IMG/VR virus record: IMGVR_UViG_2579778952_000007
Location: 1-5,962 of that record
From: a virus
Lineage: Duplodnaviria; Heunggongvirae; Uroviricota; Caudoviricetes
Reading direction: 5' to 3' (one strand)
DNA length: 5,962 nt
Positions 1-5,787 of the stretch are shown piece after piece; positions within the stretch are counted from its first letter, which is position 1, and each line of letters opens with the position of its first letter. The translations under genes and the position numbers were made by a program. The notes under the pieces were generated by a model, which was not told the DNA's origin, did not search any database, and saw nothing but the letters and a program-made list of their open reading frames with translations.

Positions 1-74
1 AAATAAAATTTAATCCTTAACCGGAGGGATTTCTGCACCCTCAGAACATCAGGAGGCCGCCTGAAAGGGCGGTA

Positions 75-497
75 ATGAAAATGACTGAATTAACAAAAGA
101 ACAATTAATCGAAGAAGCCAAATTAAAAATAGCGATTACGAAATGCCACCCCAATTCAGGGATGGCGCGAGTAGAGGGCGAGTTATTCAAAATTGCACTG
201 GCATCGCTGGAAGCAGAGCCGATAGCGTGGCGATATCGCTACGTGAAAAAAGGTGTTATGGACTCTCAGGGGGAGTTGTGGGTTGGTGACTGGAAATATG
301 TACCGAAAAAAGAGGATTGTAACGACAGGCCGAACTATGAAATTCAGGCCTTATTCACTGCCCCACCAGTCCCTGTTACATCAGAAGAACTGGTTAAAGC
401 TGTGCACTTTTATGAACAACTAAAACGCGAAAATCCACCAGTATCCGGCAACCAGATTAATGGGTTAACTATGCCGGTTAAACGACCAGCCGACTGA
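75..497 (+). CDS. Hypothetical phage protein, 140 aa; function not recognised
   Basis: Uninterrupted ORF with ATG at 75 and a second in-frame ATG at 81. AGGAGG at 51-56 lies upstream, and a 5-bp hairpin (57-61 / 68-72) sits between it and the start. Charged, non-hydrophobic protein with composition like the neighbouring phage genes. No family recognised by eye. Confidence 0.55.
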   Translation: MKMTELTKEQLIEEAKLKIAITKCHPNSGMARVEGELFKIALASLEAEPIAWRYRYVKKGVMDSQGELWVGDWKYVPKKEDCNDRPNYEIQALFTAPPVPVTSEELVKAVHFYEQLKRENPPVSGNQINGLTMPVKRPAD

Positions 498-708
498 AAA
501 ACGGAAACCTGATTACAGATTCCCAGATAAGGCAATGAGCTACCTGGCGTAGAGTGGGCTGATAAGTATGGGGAATGTTTTACGATGAATATTTAGACTA
601 AAGAGTTTGTAACGCTATGTAAGTGATTTTTTCTGGTTTAGATATTTGTATGTCCGGCCAAATTGAGGTGTGTTTAAATGTAATTGCACATTGATTGTAG
701 GGGGAATA

Positions 709-888
709 ATGAAAAACGCATTGCAGTTTTTGTTTGTTGCGTTCTGGTTGTTCGCATCATGTATGCCCATCATCTTCACAGCAAGGTATATGGAAAAAAT
801 TGATGTTTTGATATTAATGTTTGGACATATAAATGCCCTTTTTTTAGGGGTGTTCATGGCGGTCACGTGCATTGAATACTGGCGGTAA
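709..888 (+). CDS. Small hydrophobic membrane protein, 59 aa (the ORF-track frame extends to 670)
   Basis: AGGGGG at 699-704 sits 4 nt upstream of ATG 709. The product MKNALQFLFVAFWLFASCMPIIF... has two predicted transmembrane stretches. The locus is visibly AT-rich relative to its flanks. An antisense ORF (615..872) covers the same DNA, so strand choice is not certain. Confidence 0.4.
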   Translation: MKNALQFLFVAFWLFASCMPIIFTARYMEKIDVLILMFGHINALFLGVFMAVTCIEYWR

Positions 889-943
889 ATACAGCGAACG
901 CTATTGGTTTAGTTGGATATTTACTGTGCCGGACAAAAACGGT

Positions 944-971
944 TTGCAGGGAAATCTTAGTTAAGTAGAAT
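944..971 (+). promoter_or_regulatory. Candidate sigma70 promoter of the hok transcript: TTGCAG, 16-bp spacer, TAGAAT
   Basis: -35 TTGCAG at 944-949 and -10 TAGAAT at 966-971. The predicted start near 975-980 coincides with the 5' arm of the long-range pairing with the mRNA 3' end, and gives the roughly 170-nt leader typical of hok-family mRNAs. Confidence 0.4.
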
Positions 972-1147
972 GACTGTGGGTGCTTGAGACTATCTGTCTC
1001 AGGCATGAACACCAAAAGGCAGATAGAGAAAAGCCCCAGTTAACATTACGCGTCCGGCAAGACGCTTAACATTAATCTGAGGCCATATCTATGCTCTACA
1101 CACGTAGGTTAGCCTCTTACGTGCCGAAAGGCAAGGAGAAGCAGGCT

Positions 1148-1303
1148 ATGAAGCAGCAAAAGGCGATGCTAATCGCCCTGATCGTCATCTGTTTAACCGT
1201 CATAGTGACGGCACTGGTAACGAGGAAAGACCTCTGCGAGGTACGAATCCGAACCGGCCAGACGGAGGTCGCTGTCTTCACAGCTTACGAACCTGAGGAG
1301 TAA
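1148..1303 (+). CDS. hokD: Hok/Gef family type I toxin, 51 aa, HokD(RelF)-like
   Basis: Translation MKQQKAMLIALIVICLTVIVTALVTRKDLCEVRIRTGQTEVAVFTAYEPEE has the Hok/Gef architecture: single N-terminal transmembrane helix, conserved LCE motif and periplasmic tail. It matches my recollection of E. coli HokD. AAGGAG at 1133-1138 lies 9 nt upstream of ATG 1148. The ORF track extends the frame to an in-frame ATG at 1091 (70 aa), which has its own GAGG. Confidence 0.88.
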   Translation: MKQQKAMLIALIVICLTVIVTALVTRKDLCEVRIRTGQTEVAVFTAYEPEE

Positions 1304-1373
1304 GAGACCGGGCGGGGGAGAAATCCCTCGCCGCCTCTGATGTGTCAGGCATCCTCAACGCACCCGCACTTAA

Positions 1374-1403
1374 CCCGCTTCGGCGGGTTTTTGTTTTTAT
1401 TTT
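1374..1403 (+). terminator. Rho-independent terminator of the hok transcript
   Basis: GC stem CCCGC (1374-1378) / GCGGG (1383-1387) with TTCG loop, followed by the T-run TTTTTGTTTTTATTTT (1388-1403). Confidence 0.7.
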
Positions 1404-1522
1404 CAACGCGTTTGAAGTTTTAGATGGTGCCGGAATAGAATCAAAAATACTTAAGTAGCGCGCAGGGAGAAGAGGGATGGACCCCGAAGGGGAAGAGCTA
1501 TTTATCCGGAAGGATTCTGAAG

Positions 1523-1696
1523 ATGAAAATCGAAGAATTACGTGAAATTTTTAGTGAAGATGGCCTCTATGCTGTGCGCGTTGAGAATGGGGGTATTACC
1601 TACACAGCGTTAATTCCTGATGATCATGTAGTGTTATCTGTTGAGGCATTCATTGAATACTTGGAAAGACTCGGTTTCAAGGTAGTTCGGGAATAA
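1523..1696 (+). CDS. Small hypothetical protein, 57 aa (below the ORF-track length cutoff)
   Basis: ATG 1523 with AAGGA at 1509-1513 about 9 nt upstream; uninterrupted frame to TAA 1694-1696. Translation MKIEELREIFSEDGLYAVRVENGGITYTALIPDDHVVLSVEAFIEYLERLGFKVVRE is acidic and soluble. A candidate promoter TTGAAG (1412-1417), 18-bp spacer, TAGAAT (1436-1441) sits just after the hok terminator. Confidence 0.45.
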   Translation: MKIEELREIFSEDGLYAVRVENGGITYTALIPDDHVVLSVEAFIEYLERLGFKVVRE

Positions 1697-1755
1697 GTTA
1701 TAATACGTGAGCCAGCCTGAACAACTGGCAACCTGCAGCGCCATTGGAGATGACA

Positions 1756-2028
1756 ATGGCGCATAATTTCAAATTTCGCAATTCTGATTCTGCCTTTGCC
1801 AGCAGGCACGGGTGGCGTTCTCACGCATTCAAATATGACTGGTATCAGCACGATCCCTGTACTGAAGAACAGGCCGAATGGCTGATTCATAACTACCGCA
1901 GACGTGGATATGAGTTTAGGAAAGCCCTCACCCTCGATTATCGTCACTGGATAATCTACGTCAGACTCCCTTATTCCGAACGCCCACCGCGTCCGTCCCG
2001 CACATTCCAGCAACGCATCTGGAGGTAA
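1756..2028 (+). CDS. Hypothetical phage protein, about 90 aa
   Basis: The ORF-track frame opens with TTG at 1744; in-frame ATGs follow at 1750 and 1756. GGAG at 1746-1749 is 6 nt upstream of ATG 1756, the preferred start. The stop TAA 2026-2028 lies 1 nt before the next gene's start, suggesting an operon. Basic, Trp/Tyr/His-rich product; family not recognised. Confidence 0.55.
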   Translation: MAHNFKFRNSDSAFASRHGWRSHAFKYDWYQHDPCTEEQAEWLIHNYRRRGYEFRKALTLDYRHWIIYVRLPYSERPPRPSRTFQQRIWR

Positions 2029-2029
2029 C

Positions 2030-3076
2030 GTGCGGGTATTACTTCGACCTGTTCTGGTACCGGAACTCGGGCTGGTGATCGTTAAGCCGGGCCGTGAATC
2101 CATGCCGGTATTCCACAATACCCGGGTACTGGTGGAGCCGGAACCGAAAAGCATGCGTAATCTGCCGTCCGGGGTCGTTCCTGCCGTTCGCCAGCCGCTG
2201 GCGGAGGATAAATCATTACTGCCATTTTTCAGCGACGAACGAGTGATTCGTGCTGCTGGTGGCGCTGGCGCATTGTCTGACTGGTTACTGCGCCATGTTA
2301 AATCCTGCCAGTGGCCACACGGCGATTATCACCACAGTGAAACCGTCATTCACCGTTATGGTACCGGCGCAATGGTGTTGTGCTGGCACTGCGACAACCA
2401 GCTGCGCGACCAGACCTCCGAATCACTCGGGCAACTTGCTCACCAAAACCTGTCTGCATGGATGATTGACGTCATACGCCATGCAATGAATGGCTCGCAG
2501 GAACGGGAATTATCGCTGGCTGAATTATCCTGGTGGGCGGTCCGCAATCAGGTGGCGGACGCGCTACCGGAAGCGGTATTACGTCGTTCGCTGGGGTTGC
2601 GTGCGGAAAAAATCCGCTCAATGTACCGTGAAAGCGACATCGTACCGGGAGAGCAGACCGCCACCAGCATACTGAAGCAGCGCACAAAAAATCTTGCGCC
2701 GCTGCCTCCCCCCCACCAGCAAACCCCGCCACAGGAAGAGACGGTGGTCAGCATTGCCGTTGATCCTGAGTCTCCGGAATCTTTCATGAAACGACCTAAA
2801 CGTCGCCGCTGGGTTAACGAGAAATACACACGCTGGGTGAAGACACAGCCGTGTGCGTGTTGTGGTAAGCCAGCCGACGATCCCCATCACCTGATTGGTC
2901 ATGGTCAGGGCGGAATGGGGACAAAATCTCACGATATTTTCACGCTACCGCTGTGTCGGGAGCATCACAACGAGCTTCATGCGGATCCTCTGGCGTTCGA
3001 AGAAAAGCATGGTTCTCAGGTTGATTTAATTTTTCGTTTTCTTGATCACGCCTTTGCAACTGGCGTGCTTGGGTAA
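2030..3076 (+). CDS. ydfU: DUF968 / YdfU-like prophage protein, 348 aa, with a C-terminal HNH-like Cys/His motif
   Basis: GTG start at 2030 with GGAGG at 2021-2025. Long uninterrupted frame. The C-terminus CACCGKPADDPHHLIGHGQ...LCREHHNELHADP has a CxxC...HH...CxxHH arrangement typical of HNH/zinc-ribbon nucleases. A second Cys/His cluster (CQWPHGDYHH...CWHCDN) lies in the N-terminal third. Size and gene neighbourhood (hok upstream, Q-family antiterminator downstream) resemble the ydfU position in the E. coli Qin prophage as I recall it. Confidence 0.8.
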   Translation: MRVLLRPVLVPELGLVIVKPGRESMPVFHNTRVLVEPEPKSMRNLPSGVVPAVRQPLAEDKSLLPFFSDERVIRAAGGAGALSDWLLRHVKSCQWPHGDYHHSETVIHRYGTGAMVLCWHCDNQLRDQTSESLGQLAHQNLSAWMIDVIRHAMNGSQERELSLAELSWWAVRNQVADALPEAVLRRSLGLRAEKIRSMYRESDIVPGEQTATSILKQRTKNLAPLPPPHQQTPPQEETVVSIAVDPESPESFMKRPKRRRWVNEKYTRWVKTQPCACCGKPADDPHHLIGHGQGGMGTKSHDIFTLPLCREHHNELHADPLAFEEKHGSQVDLIFRFLDHAFATGVLG

Positions 3077-3088
3077 AAGAGGTGACTG

Positions 3089-3463
3089 ATGCTCATAGAT
3101 TTGGTTTTACCTTACCCGCCGACGGTGAACACTTACTGGCGACGCCGTGGCAGCACATATTTTATCTCGGAGGAGGGAAAGCGTTATCGCCGGGCTGTGG
3201 CGCTTATTGTTCGCCAGCAGCGGCTGAAATTAAGCCTGTCCGGAAGGCTGGCGATAAAGGTGATTGCAGAGCCACCGGATAAGCGTCGTCGCGACCTGGA
3301 CAATATCCTGAAAGCACCGCTGGATGCGCTGACGCATGCGGGAGTGTTAATGGACGATGAGCAGTTTGATGAAATCAATATCGTTCGTGGTCAGCCAGTA
3401 TCTGGTGGACGTATGGGGGTGAAGATTTACCCCATAATGCATGAAGAGCAGGTCAAAAAATGA
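3089..3463 (+). CDS. rusA: RusA-family crossover junction endodeoxyribonuclease (Holliday junction resolvase), 124 aa
   Basis: AGAGG at 3078-3082 is 6 nt before ATG 3089. The product carries the RusA signature: N-terminal LPYPPTVNTYWRRRG and the catalytic-region block KRRRDLDNILKAPLDALTHAGVLMDDEQ, comparable to [22 protein letters not shown] in E. coli RusA. The stop TGA 3461-3463 overlaps the next ATG (ATGA). Confidence 0.85.
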   Translation: MLIDLVLPYPPTVNTYWRRRGSTYFISEEGKRYRRAVALIVRQQRLKLSLSGRLAIKVIAEPPDKRRRDLDNILKAPLDALTHAGVLMDDEQFDEINIVRGQPVSGGRMGVKIYPIMHEEQVKK

Positions 3464-4281
3464 AACTGGAAGATTTACCGAAATACTACTCCCCAAAATC
3501 CCCTGGCCTGACCGATGCATCGGCCTCAACGTCAAAAGATGCGCTGAGTATCACTGATGTGATGGCCGCGCAGGGCATGACACAGAATCGGGCTGAGATG
3601 GGGTTTTCTGCGTTCCTGGGGAAAATGGGCATCAGTATGAATGACAGGGCGCGGGCAACAGAATTACTGGCAGATTATGCACTCAGTCGGTGCGATCGTG
3701 TGGCGGCGTTGAGAAAACTTCCGGCAGAAATAAAACCGGTAGTGATGCGCATTATGGCTTCGTATGCGTTTGAAGATTATGCCCGTAGCGCGGCGAGCAA
3801 AAAACAGTGCCCCTGCTGTCACGGAAAAAAATTTATTGAAAGCGAGGTTTTTACAAACAAGATCCAGTATCCGGATGGTAAGCCACCAGTGTGGGCAAAG
3901 TGCACAAAAGGCGTGTACCCGTCTTACTGGGAAGAATGGAAAAAAGTCAGGGAGGTGGTAAAAGTTGCCTGTCCGGAGTGTGGCGGAAAGGGTGAGGTTT
4001 CCACCGCCTGTAAGGATTGCCGTGGGCGTGGTGTCGCCATTCATCGTGAAGAGTCGGTAAAACGTGGTATGCCTGTTATCAGAGATTGCCAGCGTTGTGG
4101 TGGTCGTGGCTATGAAAGACTACCATCAACGGAGGCATTTAATGCCATACGCAAAGTGACGAGTGCTATCACGCTTGATACGTGGAAAAAATCAGTGAAA
4201 CGCTTTTACGATACGTTGGTGGTTCGGTTTGACATTGAAGAGGCATGGGCGGAGCGGCAGTTAAAGAGGGTAACGCGATAG
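3460..4281 (+). CDS. Late-gene antitermination protein Q family (long 82/Qin-type), 273 aa, with four CxxCxGxG zinc-finger repeats
   Basis: Positioned immediately after rusA and before a promoter-terminator pair, as Q is in lambdoid phages. The product contains CPCCHGKKF, CPECGGKGEV, CKDCRGRGV and CQRCGGRGY. Family assignment rests on synteny and recollection of long Q proteins, not on an alignment. Confidence 0.65.
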   Translation: MKLEDLPKYYSPKSPGLTDASASTSKDALSITDVMAAQGMTQNRAEMGFSAFLGKMGISMNDRARATELLADYALSRCDRVAALRKLPAEIKPVVMRIMASYAFEDYARSAASKKQCPCCHGKKFIESEVFTNKIQYPDGKPPVWAKCTKGVYPSYWEEWKKVREVVKVACPECGGKGEVSTACKDCRGRGVAIHREESVKRGMPVIRDCQRCGGRGYERLPSTEAFNAIRKVTSAITLDTWKKSVKRFYDTLVVRFDIEEAWAERQLKRVTR

Positions 4282-4286
4282 TGTTG

Positions 4287-4315
4287 TTGATTTTTCCCGA
4301 ATCTGTGGTAAATTT
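4287..4315 (+). promoter_or_regulatory. Candidate PR'-like late promoter: TTGATT, 16-bp spacer, TGgTAAATT
   Basis: -35 TTGATT at 4287-4292 and an extended -10, TG at 4306-4307 plus TAAATT at 4309-4314, immediately downstream of the Q stop. The terminator about 65 nt further on would give a short 6S-like leader RNA. Position-based inference only. Confidence 0.3.
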
Positions 4316-4361
4316 GCTCTAACGATGGGCGTTTTATGCCTGACGTTAGAAGGATTTTTAC

Positions 4362-4386
4362 AGCCCGCCATCGAGCGGGTTTTTTA
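4362..4386 (+). terminator. Rho-independent terminator (tR'-like) downstream of Q
   Basis: Stem CCCGC (4364-4368) / GCGGG (4375-4379) with a 6-nt loop, then T-run 4380-4385 (TTTTTT). Confidence 0.65.
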
Positions 4387-4520
4387 TATCTGGAAAGCGG
4401 TGCATAACGTTAAACGTGATGGCGATTGCGCAATGAGTTTCTCCTTCTCTGAAGTCTCTTGACTGCATGGAATCTCCTTTGTTATGTAAGGTGAGTTGAT
4501 GTTTTAAAATTGTTAGAGAG

Positions 4521-5240
4521 ATGGGTATGGATGACAGCACTCTGCTGAGGAACTCTTCACTTTTTATTGCTTATATGGGCTGTCTTGGATGGGGAAGCGC
4601 TTATTTCTATGGATGGGGGACTTCCTTTTATTATGGCTTTCCATGGTGGATCGTCGGGGCTGGCGTTGATGATGTGGCCCGAAGTTTGTTTTATGCTGTG
4701 AGCGTTATCGTTATATTCCTTACTGGATGGGGAGTAGGTATTGTTTTCTTTTTAGGCATAAAACAAAAAAACAATATACAGAATTTGAGTTTTATCAGAC
4801 TTTTTCTGGCAATATTGCTGCTTTTTATTCCGCCTGTTCTGGAGTTTTCGGTAATTCATCAGCACGTTGAGCCAGATGTGCTGTTTTTTTGTGTTATTGC
4901 TGCCTTTACAATTACGCTTTTTGTCAGGTCAGGAAGAAGACTTATTTCAGTAAAATGTTTTTCGGAAGTGTCTTTTATTCGCCATCACCGAATTGAGTTT
5001 ATTATGGCTGGATTCATGATTTATTTCTGGACATTCTCTCTTATTGCCGGTTGGTATAAACCTCAGTTTAAGAGGGAATATCAGATGATCCACTATGAGA
5101 ATACTTGGTATTACGTTCTTGCACGCTATGATGATCGTCTGGTTTTATCGAAATCGTACAGTAATGGGAGTTCTGCATTCGTTATACTTAATAGCGGGCA
5201 GATTGATGACTTTGAAATTAATGTAGTCAGAGTTCGTTAA
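4521..5240 (+). CDS. AT-rich multi-pass integral membrane protein of unknown function, 239 aa (moron-like cargo; alternative start 4527)
   Basis: Uninterrupted frame ATG 4521 to TAA 5238-5240, with a second in-frame ATG at 4527 lying 6 nt after GAGAG (4516-4520). About five hydrophobic helices (for example SLFYAVSVIVIFLTGWGVGIVFFLGI and FIRLFLAILLLFIPPVLEFSVI) plus a roughly 55-aa hydrophilic C-terminal tail. Composition is markedly more AT-rich than the flanking Q and tRNA genes. Candidate own promoter: TTGACT at 4459-4464 with a weak -10 near 4483-4488. Confidence 0.7.
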   Translation: MGMDDSTLLRNSSLFIAYMGCLGWGSAYFYGWGTSFYYGFPWWIVGAGVDDVARSLFYAVSVIVIFLTGWGVGIVFFLGIKQKNNIQNLSFIRLFLAILLLFIPPVLEFSVIHQHVEPDVLFFCVIAAFTITLFVRSGRRLISVKCFSEVSFIRHHRIEFIMAGFMIYFWTFSLIAGWYKPQFKREYQMIHYENTWYYVLARYDDRLVLSKSYSNGSSAFVILNSGQIDDFEINVVRVR

Positions 5241-5324
5241 TATTGCCTGAGTAACTTTCTGTTGACCGCTCAGATTCTTTTATCATGTGTAGGCCAATAT
5301 GCAGGATTTAATCAGGGTAGGGTA

Positions 5325-5353
5325 TTGCAGAGCTAAACTGGCATAAGTATTAT
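5325..5353 (+). promoter_or_regulatory. Candidate sigma70 promoter for the tRNA cluster: TTGCAG, 17-bp spacer, TATTAT
   Basis: -35 TTGCAG at 5325-5330 and -10 TATTAT at 5348-5353. The predicted start falls about 7 nt before the first tRNA at 5363. Confidence 0.45.
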
Positions 5354-5362
5354 TCCGCATAT

Positions 5363-5438
5363 GGCCCTTTAGCTCAGTGGTGAGAGCGAGCGACTCATAA
5401 TCGCCAGGTCGCTGGTTCAAATCCAGCAAGGGCCACCA
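5363..5438 (+). tRNA. ileZ: tRNA-Ile2 (anticodon CAT, ileX/ileZ-like lysidine tRNA); tRNA-Met not excluded
   Basis: 76 nt with full cloverleaf: acceptor GGCCCTT / AAGGGCC, D-arm TAGCTCAGTGGTGAGAGC, anticodon loop CTCATAA (CAT at 5396-5398), T-arm GGTTCAAATCC, discriminator A and encoded CCA. Closely resembles E. coli ileX as I recall it. Confidence 0.85.
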
Positions 5439-5445
5439 TCACATA

Positions 5446-5522
5446 CCGCCATTAGCTCATCGGCAGAGAGCGCCTGCTTTCGAAACTGGCTGTGTGAGGC
5501 TCGGGTCCCCGATGGCAATCCA
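5446..5522 (+). tRNA. Degenerate tRNA-like element, possibly a tRNA-Arg(TCG)-like pseudogene
   Basis: 77 nt foldable as a cloverleaf: intact D-arm GCTC / GAGC with 9-nt loop, anticodon loop TTTCGAA (TCG at 5480-5482), and a 3' end reading disc-T plus CCA (5519-5522). But acceptor pairs 1-72 and 2-71 are mismatched, the anticodon stem has 2 mismatches, the T-stem has 1, and the T-loop CTCGGGT departs from TTCRANT. Confidence 0.35.
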
Positions 5523-5535
5523 TTATCTGCATTAT

Positions 5536-5612
5536 GCGTTGTTAGCTCAGCCGGACAGAGCAATTGCCTTCTAAGCAATCGGTCACTGGTTCGAATCCAG
5601 TACAACGCGCCA
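5536..5612 (+). tRNA. argN: tRNA-Arg (anticodon TCT, argU/argN-like; reads AGA/AGG)
   Basis: 77 nt: acceptor GCGTTGT / ACAACGC, D-arm TAGCTCAGCCGGACAGAGC, anticodon stem ATTGC / GCAAT with loop CTTCTAA (TCT), T-arm GGTTCGAATCC, discriminator G and encoded CCA (5610-5612). Confidence 0.85.
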
Positions 5613-5624
5613 CGCTTATTTTTC

Positions 5625-5649
5625 CAGGCTCGCTTCGGCGGGCCTTTTT
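5625..5649 (+). terminator. Rho-independent terminator after the tRNA cluster
   Basis: Stem GGCTCGC (5627-5633) / GCGGGCC (5638-5644) with one G-U pair and a TTCG loop, followed by TTTTT (5645-5649). Confidence 0.6.
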
Positions 5650-5787
5650 CATATCCGCGCCACGCCCGGCGCACATCAAAAAACCACAGAGCCTTTCAGG
5701 GATGAGCTTACGGGATGGTCAGTGTGACTTTCTCTGTGGGCTGGTCAGCCCCGGGCGCAGGCTCACCCACTAAAAGGAAAAGTCACG

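Noticed and set aside
1091-1147. The 19-codon in-frame N-terminal extension of the hok ORF (ATG at 1091), treated as the toxin start
   Set aside because: Canonical Hok/Gef toxins are about 50 aa and begin MKQ..., and AAGGAG is optimally placed for ATG 1148. The upstream ATG is kept only as a possible mok-like coupling start.
1477-1545. 22-codon ORF (MDPEGEELFIRKDSEDENRRIT) upstream of the 57-aa gene
   Set aside because: Too short, overlaps the ribosome-binding site and start of the better-supported 1523..1696 ORF, and has no independent support.
1624-2154. 176-aa minus-strand ORF
   Set aside because: Antisense to the small + strand genes and the start of the ydfU-like gene; no ribosome-binding site or recognisable motif. 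Typical shadow ORF of a GC-richer coding region.
2250-2932. Several ORFs inside the ydfU-like gene (+ 2250..2465, + 2490..2675, - 2472..2732, - 2548..2829, - 2618..2932)
   Set aside because: All lie wholly within the 348-aa frame in alternative or antisense frames, with low-complexity products. The long uninterrupted frame carrying the Cys/His motifs is the coherent one.
3082-3282. 66-aa + strand ORF overlapping the rusA start
   Set aside because: Out-of-frame with the RusA-signature frame and lacks the RusA motifs; the rusA frame has the better ribosome-binding site.
3184-4044. ORFs inside rusA and Q (- 3184..3378, - 3347..3535, - 3664..4044, + 3764..3961)
   Set aside because: Shadow frames inside rusA and Q; no independent translation signals.
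4358-4540. 60-aa minus-strand ORF across the Q-to-membrane-protein intergenic region
   Set aside because: Runs antisense through the terminator hairpin and candidate promoter; no ribosome-binding site. Judged spurious.
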